DNA from: Octopus bimaculoides
Lineage: Eukaryota
Length of the DNA: 64,000 bases
Assembly (NCBI RefSeq): GCF_001194135.2
Contig: NC_068986.1
Location: forward strand, 88,216,306 to 88,280,305
Reading direction: 5' to 3'
Below, piece by piece: positions 1 through 12,003 of this stretch. The stretch's first letter is position 1. Each line of letters opens with the position of its first letter. The notes under the pieces were generated by a model that made no database searches, had not been told where the DNA came from, and was given only the letters and a program-made list of their open reading frames with translations. Made by a program: the position numbers and the translations under genes.

Positions 1-53
<53 letters not shown>

Positions 54-132
54 CATACATACTGTATATATATACTCAATATGTATTTGGATATATAGGT
101 GTATGTATATATCTACCTATACATACATACGT

Positions 133-198
<66 letters not shown>

Positions 199-210
199 AT
201 ACATACACAC

Positions 211-249
<39 letters not shown>

Positions 250-315
250 CATATATGCATACATACATACATACATTCATACATACATACATACAAACAC
301 ATGAGTGCGTGCATG
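1..315. repeat. Compound (TA)n/(GATA)n/(CATA)n microsatellite
   Basis: Directly visible simple repeats. Confidence 0.95.
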
Positions 316-767
316 TGTGTTAATGTGCGCTTGAATTTGTATATAAAATCAATTCTACTAATTGTACAACTCCAAACAACATCTCTGTCACCATCAACGC
401 CAATAAGACCATTATATCTCCGTCCAACACTAATATAAATACCATTTTCTATCTCTAGCCTTTTCGGTCACCTGATCACGAGCCACAAACACCAAGTATC
501 ACCTGAATACGACACATTCCTTTTCCTAAATCTGAAAGGACATATCTGATATAATATTTTTTCATAAGTAACATGAATGGTATTAATAATACCGACTGAA
601 AAGCAGTTACTGATACACGTCTAAGATCAACAATATCATAATGTCCACCACTATCACAATCCCCATATATACAACCCGCACTATAACAAATGACTGCTAA
701 CACTCACAAACCACAATATGTAAGCCAACACTATCGCAATCCACAAGTGACATAATCACCAAGGCGT

Positions 768-1211
768 GGCGGAGGAGTGGCTGTGTGGTAAGTAGCTTGC
801 TTACAAACCATTCGGTTCCGGGTTCAGTCCTACTGCGTGGCACCTTGGGCAAGTGTCTTTTACTATAGCCTCGGGCCGACCAAAGCCTTGTGAGTGGATT
901 TGGTAGANNNNNNNNNNGCCTCGGGCCGACCAAAGCCTTGTGAGTGGATTTGGTAGACGGAAACTGAAAGAAGCCTGTCGTATATATGTATATACATGTG
1001 TGTATGTGTGTATATGTTTGTGTGTCTTTGTTTGCCCCTCCCCCACCAGCAACCGATGCTGGTGTGTTTACGTCCCCGTAACTTAGCGGTTCGGCATAAG
1101 AGACCGATAGAATAAGTACTGGGGTCGATTTACTCGACTAAAGGCGGTGCTCCAGCATGGCCACAGTTAAATGACTGAAACAAGTAAAAGAGTAAAAGAG
1201 TAAAAGAGTAA
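768..1211 (+). mobile_element. SINE family A (tRNA-like head, internal TA/TG microsatellite, (TAAAAGAG)n tail)
   Basis: A-box-like TGGCTGTGTGG and B-box-like GGTTCAGTCC, body CCTTGGGCAAGTG...GAAACTGAAAGAAGCC, microsatellite, 3' half ending AAGTAAAAGAGTAAAAGAG. About a dozen related copies or fragments occur in the window. Confidence 0.9.
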
Positions 1212-1399
1212 GTGTAAGGTTCTCAATACTATTATAATCCCTAAACAACGCTATCAAAATTACCAAGCGCAAAATCAACACCGTCACCCGCAGGTAGTCG
1301 TCATTACTATGACTGTTCATGACTTTGATATGACTTGATAAGCTTTCTACAAACTGACCGGGTTTTCGCTTTGGTTTGCCATTTACTATGATCAATTCC

Positions 1400-1660
1400 T
1401 TCCCGTTTCGTATTAGTTTTTGCAGTATATCAACCTAGGTTTTCCTTGGTTTCTTTTCTCCTTGCATATTCAGGAGTAAGGGATTTTTTTTTTCTGTGGA
1501 GTCTGTTCTTCATCATCATGTGCGCGTGACCCAGCCATCGTAAATTTCTATCCAGCACGTTGTACGATCTCATCATTCCTGATCTTGTCAAAGAGAGTAA
1601 TGTTCATAATTCGTCGTGTCTGTCTCATCATGCATGTATGTAACTTGTCTACTTGAACTA
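1400..1660 (-). mobile_element. RTE-clade LINE 3' ORF relic
   Basis: Manual minus-strand translation with frameshifts gives MRQTRRIMNITLFDKIRNDEIVQRAG, NLRWLGHAHMM and RNQGKPRLIY. This resembles the RTE ORF2 C-terminus (RRILxIxWxDKxxNxE..RWxGH..RGRP). Confidence 0.75.
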
Positions 1661-1790
1661 TTCTAAACACCATATAAAAGGGCGAAATGAATCACAATCC
1701 ACAAGGATAACAATAGCAATTAGAAATCGATGAATCGATGATACTCCTTGGGTCCATAGAGACAACATCCCATCACAAATACAAACATGC

Positions 1791-1828
<38 letters not shown>

Positions 1829-1931
1829 GAAATTTTAAAAAAACCCTAAACCTTATTATTTCACCGTTGTTTCTGCTATAACTACTTTCAGAGCTGAATG
1901 CTTCTCATCATATATCTTTCTCGGAGCTTAC

Positions 1932-1965
<34 letters not shown>

Positions 1966-2518
1966 CTGTGTGTGTTTGGTATCAAACGTCTTGACATACT
2001 CAAATATGATAAGTGTTTGATAAGTAACTTTAGACCCTTGAGTTACTTTGAAATAATCTCTGCAAATAAATGACTATATACACTACTTTTCACATTAAGT
2101 GATTTCAAAAAAACGTACCAACTTAGGTACTTTGAGACATCCGGACCAGATGACTTAGGCCGTTTATTCCAGTTTTTTTTTTTTTTTTTTTGCTTTCTGC
2201 ATTTAAATTGTATCATATCATACTTGAGTGGTAGATTCAATCCTCCGCGGTCATCACATCACTAACTGGTAACTTTGTGCATTTAGCGGAATCCACTCTC
2301 TTGCAATTTACTGATCTGGGTTCGAGGATTACTTCCTCGCTCAACCCACATATTGAGGCGCTGTGGATGGTCAAGATTAGTGTCTTCCATTCTTACTAAA
2401 CGATAAAAGAAGACAGTCCAGTGAAGTTCTCAAAACTATTACACGTCTGAACGTACGGATTTTATATACGTATACAGTGATCAAAACTGCGTAGAATTTT
2501 TAAAAAGTGCTGGACGGA

Positions 2519-2953
2519 TACTCTCTTTTACTCCTTTACATGTTTCAGTCATTTGACTGCGGCCATGCTGGAGCACTACCTTTAGTCGAGCAAATCGACC
2601 CCAGGGCTTATTCTTTGTAAGCCTGGTGCTTATTCTATCGGTCTCTTTTTGCCGAACCGCTAAGTTACGGGGACGTAAGCACACCAGCATCGGTTGTCAA
2701 GCGATGGTTGGAGGACAAATACAGACACACAAATCCACATACACACACACACACACACAGACACACACACACACNNNNNNNNNNATATACGACGGGCTAC
2801 TTTCAGTTTCAGTCTACCAAATCCACTCACAAGGCTTTGGTCTGCCCGAGGCTATAGTAGAAAACACTTGCCCAAGGTGCCATACAGTGGGATTGAACCC
2901 GGAACCATGTGGTTGGTAAGCAAACTACTTACCACACAGCCACTCCTGCGCCT
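2519..2953 (-). mobile_element. SINE family A, near full length
   Basis: Reverse complement of the 768-1211 element, including head, internal (CA)n and TACTCTTT tail. Confidence 0.9.
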
Positions 2954-3900
2954 AGATAGATAATTTTTATATAGAAATATATTGAAATATTCAATAAAAA
3001 GGTTAAATACTGAACAAAGTTCTGTGAAATAACATATCATTAAAAATAATTTTTTAAAAATATTTTATATGAAGTGGACAATAAGACATGATTGTGTTCA
3101 CCTTTATAAATTTCTTCTTGAAAAGAGTTAAGCGCATGAAGTAATGATCATGTTTCTCATCAGGATTAAACAAATGACATTAATACTATAGAATTATCTT
3201 TAATGAAAAGCATGAGATATATACTTCACATAAACTGGTAAATGTTTTCTTCCCTAATAATATAAGGTTTTTTGGTTTGCTAATGATAGATAGTTTTGCT
3301 TTCAATGGATTCGTGAAGAAGGTAATATCAGTAAAACAAGAAACGATTGCAATCGCACGCGTCCGATTGCGTTATATGAATGTCTGAATAGATGTTTATA
3401 AAGAAATATAACATCCCTACACACACACACACACTCATACATACGCACACATACACACACACATACACATACACGTGGAGATGTATATATATATATATAT
3501 TCATACATACGTACATGCATACACACACAAACACATATATATATTTATATGCGTGTTTCTGTATGTGCACGCCTACGAGTGTCATTTTGCTTCTGTATAT
3601 GGTTTATATGAATTCAAATGCATATAAAAGACCGCGTGACAAAGCTATATTGAGGCTACGTGATTGAAAGATAATGTTTTCTGACTTATGAATACATCAG
3701 CATGAATTTGCAGCAATGCATCTGGACACATGTGCAAATGCAATTGATGCACACTCGTACCACTGTTCTACGGCACGCGTACACTGTATGCTGTTGTGTT
3801 TCAGATAATGCAAGATCCGAAGTTCAAAAACTATAATTGCAAGACAGTTGCGTTTATAAATGCATGTTGTTAAACTTACCTGTAACCTAGTATTACTTTG

Positions 3901-4010
<110 letters not shown>

Positions 4011-4401
4011 TGATTCTGCTTTCACATTATTAATTAATTTCAGCATCACTACAGGGGTAGAGGTAATTTTGGTACATTATTTAACTCTTTTGGAGTAGAG
4101 GTAGGAAAAGACAACTCTTTAGAATACATGGAACAATTATCGAAATAGCATCAATAATTCCAACATGGGCACCGTTTATGACAATAACGCTAATACTCAC
4201 TTTATAACGGAACTTCACTGTGTTTCTCCGATCAGCTAGAAAAAACAGCCACTAAATCTCCCCCACATCAGAGTCTGCTGTCCTTGATAAAGAAATTTAT
4301 ATTAAGCAATTATTTACAGAAAGGAAAATGAATGGTCATAGATGGTCCTTGAGGGTCATAGATCATCTCAATCAGAAGTGATCTGGAGATACGCAAGGAT
4401 A

Positions 4402-4560
4402 TACTCTTTTACTCTTTTGCTCTTTTACTTGTTTCAATCATTTGACTGTGGCCATGCTGTGGCACCGGTAAGTTACGGGGACGTAAACACACCAGAATCG
4501 GTTGTCAAGCGATGCTGGGAGGACAAACACAGACACACAAACATATACACACACACATGC

Positions 4561-4591
<31 letters not shown>

Positions 4592-4733
4592 TACGACGAG
4601 CTTCTTTCAGTTTCCGTCTACCATTCACAAGGCTTTGGTCGGCTCGTGGCTATAGTAGAAGACACTTGCCCAAGGTGCCACGCAGTGGGACTGAACTCGG
4701 AACCATGTGGTTTGTAATCAAGCTACTTACCAC
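4402..4733 (-). mobile_element. SINE family A with internal deletion
   Basis: Matches family A but jumps from GGCCATGCTGTGGCACCG directly to GTAAGTTACGGGGACG. Confidence 0.85.
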
Positions 4734-5025
4734 GCATATCGTATTCTTTGTCTTCAAATTCATCATCACAATCATCAACATCAGGGTCGTTGTCGTTTCA
4801 CTTCACATCATCATAAAACTAATGTAAAGGAATATAAATGTTTCTAATATAAACACAAGGTTGGAATAAAGTAGCTGATTGACCATTGATTTAACGAGCC
4901 TAAATGATGAAAGGCAGATATTCATTTAGGTAAGATTTCAACACAGAAATTTAGAGTTCTAGATATAAGTGGTCATTACCACATTCCACTGTTTCGGCCC
5001 TCTCCAAGAGAATAACAATAATATC

Positions 5026-5221
5026 GATTTCAAATTTTGGTACAAAGAAAGAAAATCCGGGTTCATTCGATTATATCCAGACTAGTGCTCAACTGGTATT
5101 TATTTTATCGTCAAAAGGTAAAGTTGACCTCAGCGGAATTTGAACTCAGATCGTATAGACGGACGAAATGCTGCAAGGCATTTTGCTCGGCGTGCTAACT
5201 ATTCTGCCAGCCGGTCGCCTT
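5026..5221 (-). mobile_element. SINE family B (head AAGGCGGYGAGCTGGCAGAA, B-box GAGTTCAAATTCC)
   Basis: Reverse complement of the family B pattern. A second partial 3' piece follows at about 5228-5320. Confidence 0.8.
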
Positions 5222-5589
5222 AATAATAATGGTTTCGAATTTTGGTCTAAAGACAGCAATTTCGTAGGCGGGATAAAGTGAGTTACATCGACCCCTGTGC
5301 TCAACTGGTACTTATCCCCGTAACTTAGTCTCAACGAAATAATATACAAGAATAGGTGAAGGTGATGCACTGGAAGGTATTCTGAATGAGGATGCACTGT
5401 TATTTTGCGGAAATAATTTGCAGCATAATTGACCATACAGTACAATCAAGAGGAGTTGTCATTCGAGATTAGCTCCAGAGATAGGTGTCTGCTATTTTCG
5501 TACGTATGTCGCCCTATTCTACTTACAGAAATAGTTAAGTCGACTGACTATTATTAGTATTAGTACAGAATTTTATTTTTGTACTTGAA

Positions 5590-5734
5590 ACAACAGAAGC
5601 AGCAACGGCAACCGCAGCAGCGGCAGCAGCAGCAGTAGCAGCAGTAGTAGTAGTAGTAGTTGTTGTTGTCGTTGTTGTTACTGTTGTTATTGATGTTGTT
5701 GTTGTTGTTGTTACTGTTGTTATTGATGTTGTTG

Positions 5735-5766
<32 letters not shown>

Positions 5767-5905
5767 GGTGGTGGTGTGGTGGTGGCGGCAGTAGTAGTGG
5801 TAGTAGTAGTAGTAGTAGCAATGGCAGCGTCGTCATTGTCGTAGTTGTATCGGTGGTACTGATAGTGATGGTAGTGGTGGATGTGGTGGGGGTAGCATGG
5901 TGACG
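5590..5905. repeat. Mixed trinucleotide array (GCA/GTA/GTT/GGT)
   Basis: Directly visible. Confidence 0.9.
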
Positions 5906-6649
5906 ATTGTGTTTAAGAAAAAAAATATTCAAATACAATCCGACTGTAACGTTTGGTAACGTAAATTGCTAAAAGACAAAAAAGAACTTTCCAAATGCAT
6001 GAAAAATCACAACGAACTATCTTAGATCCACAATGTACCTAAGGGTATAAAATCCAATACATAATATAATCCTACACAGCACTGGATTAACCATTACGCG
6101 AAATAAGCACGTGCTTAAGGCTTCAGGGACAGCGGAAAGGAAGGCAACACAGAAATGGTAAATGGTTTACGGCACAAAAGTATCGCATAAAAATTGCTAA
6201 AATAATATTCGGGATACCTTATCTCTACAATGGGTAGAAGCACTTATGTATTACGTAAGATAAATTTTGAGCGTCTGATTACCTATTTGCAAATAAAAAA
6301 AACAATCAGAGAACATGTGATAAAAATGAAGTGGAAGTATAAAGAATTAAGCATTATTTTCCATCAGACTGCAAGTTGTGTTTCATTTTGAAGAGTAAGC
6401 TTTATTTTATGGTTTATTGTTACGTATATTTTGAATTACACACACACGCACTCACGCACACACACACTCACAAACACATACACAAACATAAATTGATACA
6501 GGCACATACATAAATTAATATAGACAGCAGTCTACAATTTATTACCATAAAGGAAAAGTATAATTGCCTCTAAATATGACTAGGGTGTTACAACACTTAC
6601 ATTGCTTAAAATAAGAGTTAAAATGGTCTAATGTTGTAGTGAAAGCACA

Positions 6650-7610
6650 TAATTGCAGAGAATTCGGAAAAAGTTGGATGAGTCTAATGGTGATTACGAA
6701 GGTACGGAAGCTCGGCAAACTCATTCTGATCGTTCTGACGAGAAAAGAACCCCTGAATTTGTTGGTGAGTTCCAGGCTATGATTGACGACGATCCCTCCA
6801 AGACAATCAGGTTCATCATAAGATTCTTACCAGACAGGTACTGCATGAAGACATTGGGTATTGCTCATACAAGATGTGAAAGCCATCAACGACAAGAGGA
6901 AAGTCCGTGTTACGGAGCTGTTTAACAAACTTAAGCATCCCCTCCAACCGAACATGCCTTGGTTTTTCTCAGACGAGGAAAATGTCTACTAGAATGAAAC
7001 GGTGAACACACAGAAAAACCGTTGGCTTACCGTGTCTTCAAAGCATGTACGGAGAGTAATGAAAATCAAACATCCAGTTAACATCATGGTGTTTTGGAGT
7101 GATCGCTAGCGATGATGGTCCATTTGTGGAATATAAGCAACCAAAAAAATAGGATTTAAATTTTTATCTCCATTCGTCTTCCCACATGGCTTTAGACTCA
7201 ACACGGAGGCCTACATCTAGTACCTGGAGGAGGTAGTGTTGCCTTGGATCAAGAGGGTGGCTGCTGGAAGACCCTATATCTGGCAACAGGACTCTACACC
7301 ATGCCACACAAACAGAAGAACCTATTCATGGCTGTCAGACGATTTCTGCGACCACATCACCCCTAACATCTGGCCACCTAACTTCCCAGACTGCAACCCC
7401 CTTCATTATTTTGTGTGTGGCGCAGTTGAGCGAGACACCGACAAAACTTCTTGTAACCCCAAAGATGAACTGAAAGCAAAGATTATGGCAGCATTCAGCA
7501 TCTTAAACGAGGAGATCGACCAAAGGGTTGCAGGAGATTCCGATGTCGTCTGTTAGTGTTAATTTCATTTTTGCGTAATTTTGACGACAATTTATTCACT
7601 GCACCCTGTA
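6650..7610 (+). mobile_element. Decayed Tc1/mariner-superfamily transposon, maT (DD37D) type, 3' TIR retained
   Basis: Fragments WFFSDE, HPVNIMVF, YIWQQDSTPCHT and WPPNFPDCNPLHY. There are 37 residues between the QQD aspartate and the third catalytic position, here D->H. Stops and frameshifts are present. The element ends ...TTTATTCACTGCACCCTG-TA at 7608-7610; no matching 5' TIR was seen. Confidence 0.88.
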
Positions 7611-7914
7611 TATATATTTAGGGTTACCAAATTTTTTTAGTGCTTAGGGCATCTCTGGTACGTAATACGGCCCTGCTCGTACAAACAATTTACCTGAAAA
7701 ACTAAGTGAGTATGTTATCACTGGAATACTGTTGATCTACTCTATCGGCGATATTCTTAATTGAAGCATAAAGGATGTGCTGTTATAATGTCCGGGAACT
7801 CGAGACTGTCGACGTGAAAGACAAAGAAAAAGAAAATCGACTGAGGTGCAATAATTTCTAGATCAAGCAACCAGGTTGTGTACAGCTGTAGAACGACGTG
7901 GGCGTCGAAAACGG

Positions 7915-8052
7915 TGGTGATAATGATGATGACGAGGGGGAGGAGAATAATGTTGATGATGTTGATGATATTATTGATGATGACAATGGTGTAGAAGACG
8001 AGGATGTGAATGATGATGAAGCTGATGATCATGATTTTTAATGGTGTTTTGG

Positions 8053-8088
<36 letters not shown>

Positions 8089-8151
8089 GTTGTTGTTGTT
8101 GTTGTTGTTATTGTAGTAGTAGTAGTAGTAGTAGTAGTAGTTGTTGTTATT

Positions 8152-8182
<31 letters not shown>

Positions 8183-8204
8183 GAGGAGGAGGAGGAGGAG
8201 GAGG
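7915..8204. repeat. Degenerate trinucleotide array (GAT/GGT/GTA/GTT/GGA) running into a gap
   Basis: Directly visible. Confidence 0.9.
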
Positions 8205-8776
8205 ANNNNNNNNNNNNNNNNNNNNNNNNNNNNNNNNNNNNNNNNNNNNNNNNNNNNNNNNNNNNNNNNNNNNNNNNNNNNNNNNNNNNNNNNNNNNNNN
8301 NNNNNNNNNNNNNNNNNNNNNNNNNNNNNNNNNNNNNNNNNNNNNNNNNNNNNNNNNNNNNNNNNNNNNNNNNNNNNNNNNNNNNNNNNNNNNNNNNNNN
8401 NNNNNNNNNNNNNNNNNNNNNNNNNNNNNNNNNNNNNNNNNNNNNNNNNNNNNNNNNNNNNNNNNNNNNNNNNNNNNNNNNNNNNNNNNNNNNNNNNNNN
8501 NNNNNNNNNNNNNNNNAACAGCAGTCGTAGCAACAGCGGTGGTGGAAAACTGCTGGATGAGAGCACCTGGCACGTCAGCGGTGATGTCAACTACACCAGC
8601 ATCACAAAAGGCTGCCAATACCAGCATTTTTCTGTAACCAGTAGCTACTAGCGATGCAATTAAGTCACGAAGTAATACACACACGTCTGCCTGTGTTCCT
8701 ACATGTGCAGTACATGCACAGTGGAACTCTGCATACAACATCAACAACTGCACAGACTCCACAGTTATTATTAATT

Positions 8777-8831
<55 letters not shown>

Positions 8832-8832
8832 C

Positions 8833-9150
8833 ATTACCCCCGCCTTAGCGAAGGCGGAGGTAGTGTTTCAGTCGTGTTTGTTTGATTGTTTGTTTAACCG
8901 TGGACGATATCTCAAGAACCGCAGGATAGATTCGGATGAAACTTTCAGGGATGTTTGGCCCCGTGACTAGCACGAACTGATTAGAATTTGGGATCCATCC
9001 GGTACCTCACAAGGATTATGGTTATTATTGTTATCATTGTTAACATTATCGTCTGTATATTTCCCCACATTCGATTTTATGTAATCCCTCACACGAATTG
9101 GAAGCTGCGTTCATTATGTTTCTCTTATATGACGCCCTTGTGGCATATAA
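8833..9150 (+). mobile_element. Helentron-associated (DINE-1/HINE-like) non-autonomous element
   Basis: Starts ATTACCCCCGCC after (ATT)n, with a subterminal hairpin CCGCCTT-AGCG-AAGGCGG (8840-8857). It continues GTTTGTTTGATTGTTTGTT...GATATCTCAAGAACC...GGATGAAACTTTCAGG, typical of this element class. The 3' boundary is uncertain. Confidence 0.65.
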
Positions 9151-9491
9151 AAGGAAATGTTAGGATTTATGTTATTATTATATTTGGTTTTGTGCTTAAA
9201 TTTTAAAAAATAATAAATTTAATTATTATAATTAGCATCTCGTGATCCTGAACATCAAGATCAACACGATCGTCATGATCATTATCATTATCATCATCAC
9301 AATCAACATCATCATCAAGAAAGAATGAACTGTTGGAATATTAAGAGTGTTGCTGTATTTTTCCGGCTTTTTTTTTTTTTTTCTGATTTCGAATCCCACA
9401 GAAGAGGCCTATGCGTTTTTTCCTTTCGCGTCGATAGGGTTAGCACCAGGTGAGCACTCAGATCAAAGTAATTGACAAATCNNNNNNNNNN

Positions 9492-9640
9492 TTGGGTATG
9501 TGCTGTGGTTTGCTGTGGTGCTCTTATGTTTACTGTATTGACAGTGTTTTGCGTAGAATGTGTGCAGTACCCAGTAGTGCTATTTTCTGTATGTTATATA
9601 TATTTGTAAGTCCTGGTGTTTTTGTTATGTATTTGTAGGG
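9492..9640 (-). mobile_element. R4/Dong-like (RLE-type) non-LTR retrotransposon 3' fragment 1
   Basis: Minus frame KYITKTPGLTNIYNIQKIALLGTAHILRKTLSIQ* matches the R4-clade C-terminal motif QKxxLLGTAxILRK. Confidence 0.8.
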
Positions 9641-9701
9641 TTCATTGTTTTATTGAGGTCTATATTTACATTATTTTTCTTCCATTATTATTATTATTAT
9701 T

Positions 9702-10095
9702 CCTTCGTAAGACAGTGTAGGTAAAATGCACTGGAGTATTTCGTCTTCTGTCAAGTCACAACAAGGAGCTCAGACAGATAATACTTTATTTAAGATGTGC
9801 GCTGTGCCCAATAAGACTGCTTTTTTGCAACACACCAATCTTGCATGTGATTTTCAGTTGCCTTAATAAGTCTTGAAGTTTCAATGGGATTGAACCCAAC
9901 TGTTATCAATAAGATTGATTAATGGGTTTGATCACCACTGGTATCACTTTTACATGACCCTCTCGCAGTCCATACAGTTTTGTCATTTCCACTTTCAATT
10001 CGGAGTTCTTAGTGAATTTTTCAACTTCTTTACTCATATTTATGTCATTTGGTATGACTACATCTGATAGTATTTGTCTCTCTTATTCAATATGA
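9702..10095 (-). mobile_element. R4/Dong-like non-LTR retrotransposon 3' fragment 2 (different subfamily)
   Basis: Minus strand gives DVVIPNDINMSKEVEKFTK..LKVEMTKLYG..KVIPVVI..GSIP..LQK/AVLLGTAHILNKVLSV*, with one frameshift in the last motif. Flanked on both sides by (TAA)n. Confidence 0.82.
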
Positions 10096-10119
10096 AAACA
10101 TCTGTCTGTGGATTATTAC

Positions 10120-10186
<67 letters not shown>

Positions 10187-10188
<2 letters not shown>

Positions 10189-10411
10189 ACGTGACAAGCA
10201 AGCATAATCATTAGCACACCGGGGGGAGGGGGAATGCTTAGCGGTATTTCATCCATCTTTACGTTCTCAATTCAAATTCCGCCGTGGTCGACTCTGCTTT
10301 TCATCTCTTCGAGTTCCATAGATTAAAACCCAGTGAAACACTGGGGTCGATGTACTCGACTAGTCAACTCCACCAAAATTTCAGACCTTGAGCCTATAGT
10401 AAAAAATGATT
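10187..10411 (+). mobile_element. SINE family B
   Basis: TTCAAATTCCGCCGTGGTCGACTCTGCTTTTCATC...CTGGGGTCGATGTACTCGACTA, flanked by (ATT)n on both sides. Confidence 0.85.
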
Positions 10412-10424
10412 GGTATTATTATTA

Positions 10425-10486
<62 letters not shown>

Positions 10487-10487
10487 T

Positions 10488-10689
10488 AAGGCGGAGAGCA
10501 GGCAAAATCGTTTGCAAACCAGTCAAAGTGCTTAGCGATATTTCGTCTGCCTTTACGTTCAGAGTTCGAATTCCGCCGAGGTCGACTTTGCCTGTCATCC
10601 TTTCGGGGCCGATAAATTTAAGTGCCAGTGAAACACTGGGGTCCTCTCCCTAAAAAATTCGGACCTTGTGCCTGCCTTTAGTAGAAAGG

Positions 10690-10690
<1 letters not shown>
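10488..10690 (+). mobile_element. SINE family B, tandem to the previous copy
   Basis: AAGGCGGAGAGCAGGCAAAATCG...GAGTTCGAATTCCGCCGAGGTCGACTTTGCC, preceded by (ATT)n. Confidence 0.88.
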
Positions 10691-10756
<66 letters not shown>

Positions 10757-11304
10757 TTAATAATAACAATAATAATACTGGTGCAATTATTATTACTACA
10801 AATGGTATATTTGCTAATAATATTATTACCATTAATATTACGATTGTGCTGTGTTTCTTTTTTTTTGTGTGTGTTTTCGTTGTTGGCGCTGCTGCTGTCT
10901 GTTGTTGTTGCATCCGTTTCCGTGATATGACCAACAGTGAGAGCCAATAAACGCTGGTGGTAACAAGAGACTTCGGCGGCACTATCAACGACGTCATTAT
11001 AAGTCGTGATAAAACAAGTTTCTACCCTGATGGTAAAATACTATGAAAACATGATGGTGTGTTCGTGCCCGACTGGTATTACATATATACATGCTCCAAC
11101 GATTCCTCTAAACAACCATTTTCTTCTCTCCTTCGTTAAGCTACCTGCCGTTCTACTAATAGGCCTTGTCACTGCAGTGGATATGCTGGATGCGTGACTA
11201 AATTGCCCTGGCTTCTGTTTTCCACCCTCGTCTTCGTTTTTTCTTTTTTTTTTTCTTCCCTGTTGGATTTGTTTTCTTCGCTTTCCTTCGGCTTCTTTGT
11301 TATG

Positions 11305-11347
11305 ATCATCATTGTCATTGTCGTCATTGTCATCGTCATCATCATCA

Positions 11348-11401
<54 letters not shown>

Positions 11402-11772
11402 TCGTCGTTGTTGTTGTAGCTGTCGATGTTGTTGTCCTTCCTCCTCCTTTTCTTCATCTTTTTCTAATCCTCCTCCTCCTCCTCCTCCTCCTCATCATCA
11501 TCATCATTAGTAGCAGTAGCAGCAGCATCCTCATCATCATCACCATCATCATCATCACTACCACCAGCACCACCACCACCATCATCACCATCACCATCAT
11601 CATCATCTTCATCATCATCATCATCCTCATTACCCTCATCATCATCATCATAATCATCATTATTATCCTCCTCCTCCTCCTCCTTCTCCTCCTCCCCCTC
11701 CTCCTCCCCCTCCTCCTCATCATCATCATCATCATCGTCGTCATCGTTATCATCATCATCATCATCATCATT
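11305..11772. repeat. Mixed (CAT/CGT/CCT) trinucleotide array
   Basis: Directly visible. Confidence 0.9.
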
Positions 11773-11774
11773 AT

Positions 11775-12003
11775 TAAGTCACCTAGCTGGCACAATCGTT
11801 ACTGCACCGGACAAAATGCTTAGCAGCATTTCTTCTGGTTTTACGTTCTGAGTTCAAATTCCGCCGAAGTCGATTTTGCCTTATATCTCTTCGGGGTTCG
11901 ATAAAATCAGTACCATACTAATTTATCATTGAGATCGATGTAGTTGACTAGTGCACCTTCTCCCAGAATATCAGGGCTTGAGCCTGAAATAGAAAGGAAG
12001 ATT
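11775..12003 (+). mobile_element. SINE family B
   Basis: AGCTGGCACAATCGTTA...GAGTTCAAATTCCGCCGAAGTCGATTTTGCC...TAGAAAGG tail. Confidence 0.85.

Noticed and set aside
868-957. 40-bp direct duplication inside SINE A
   Set aside because: The identical copies flank a 10-N gap, typical of an unmerged contig overlap.
6368-6394. 27-nt microexon candidate (CATCAG|...AGA|GTAAGC)
   Set aside because: The splice signals are plausible, but such pseudo-exons are expected by chance, and there is no supporting composition or linkage.
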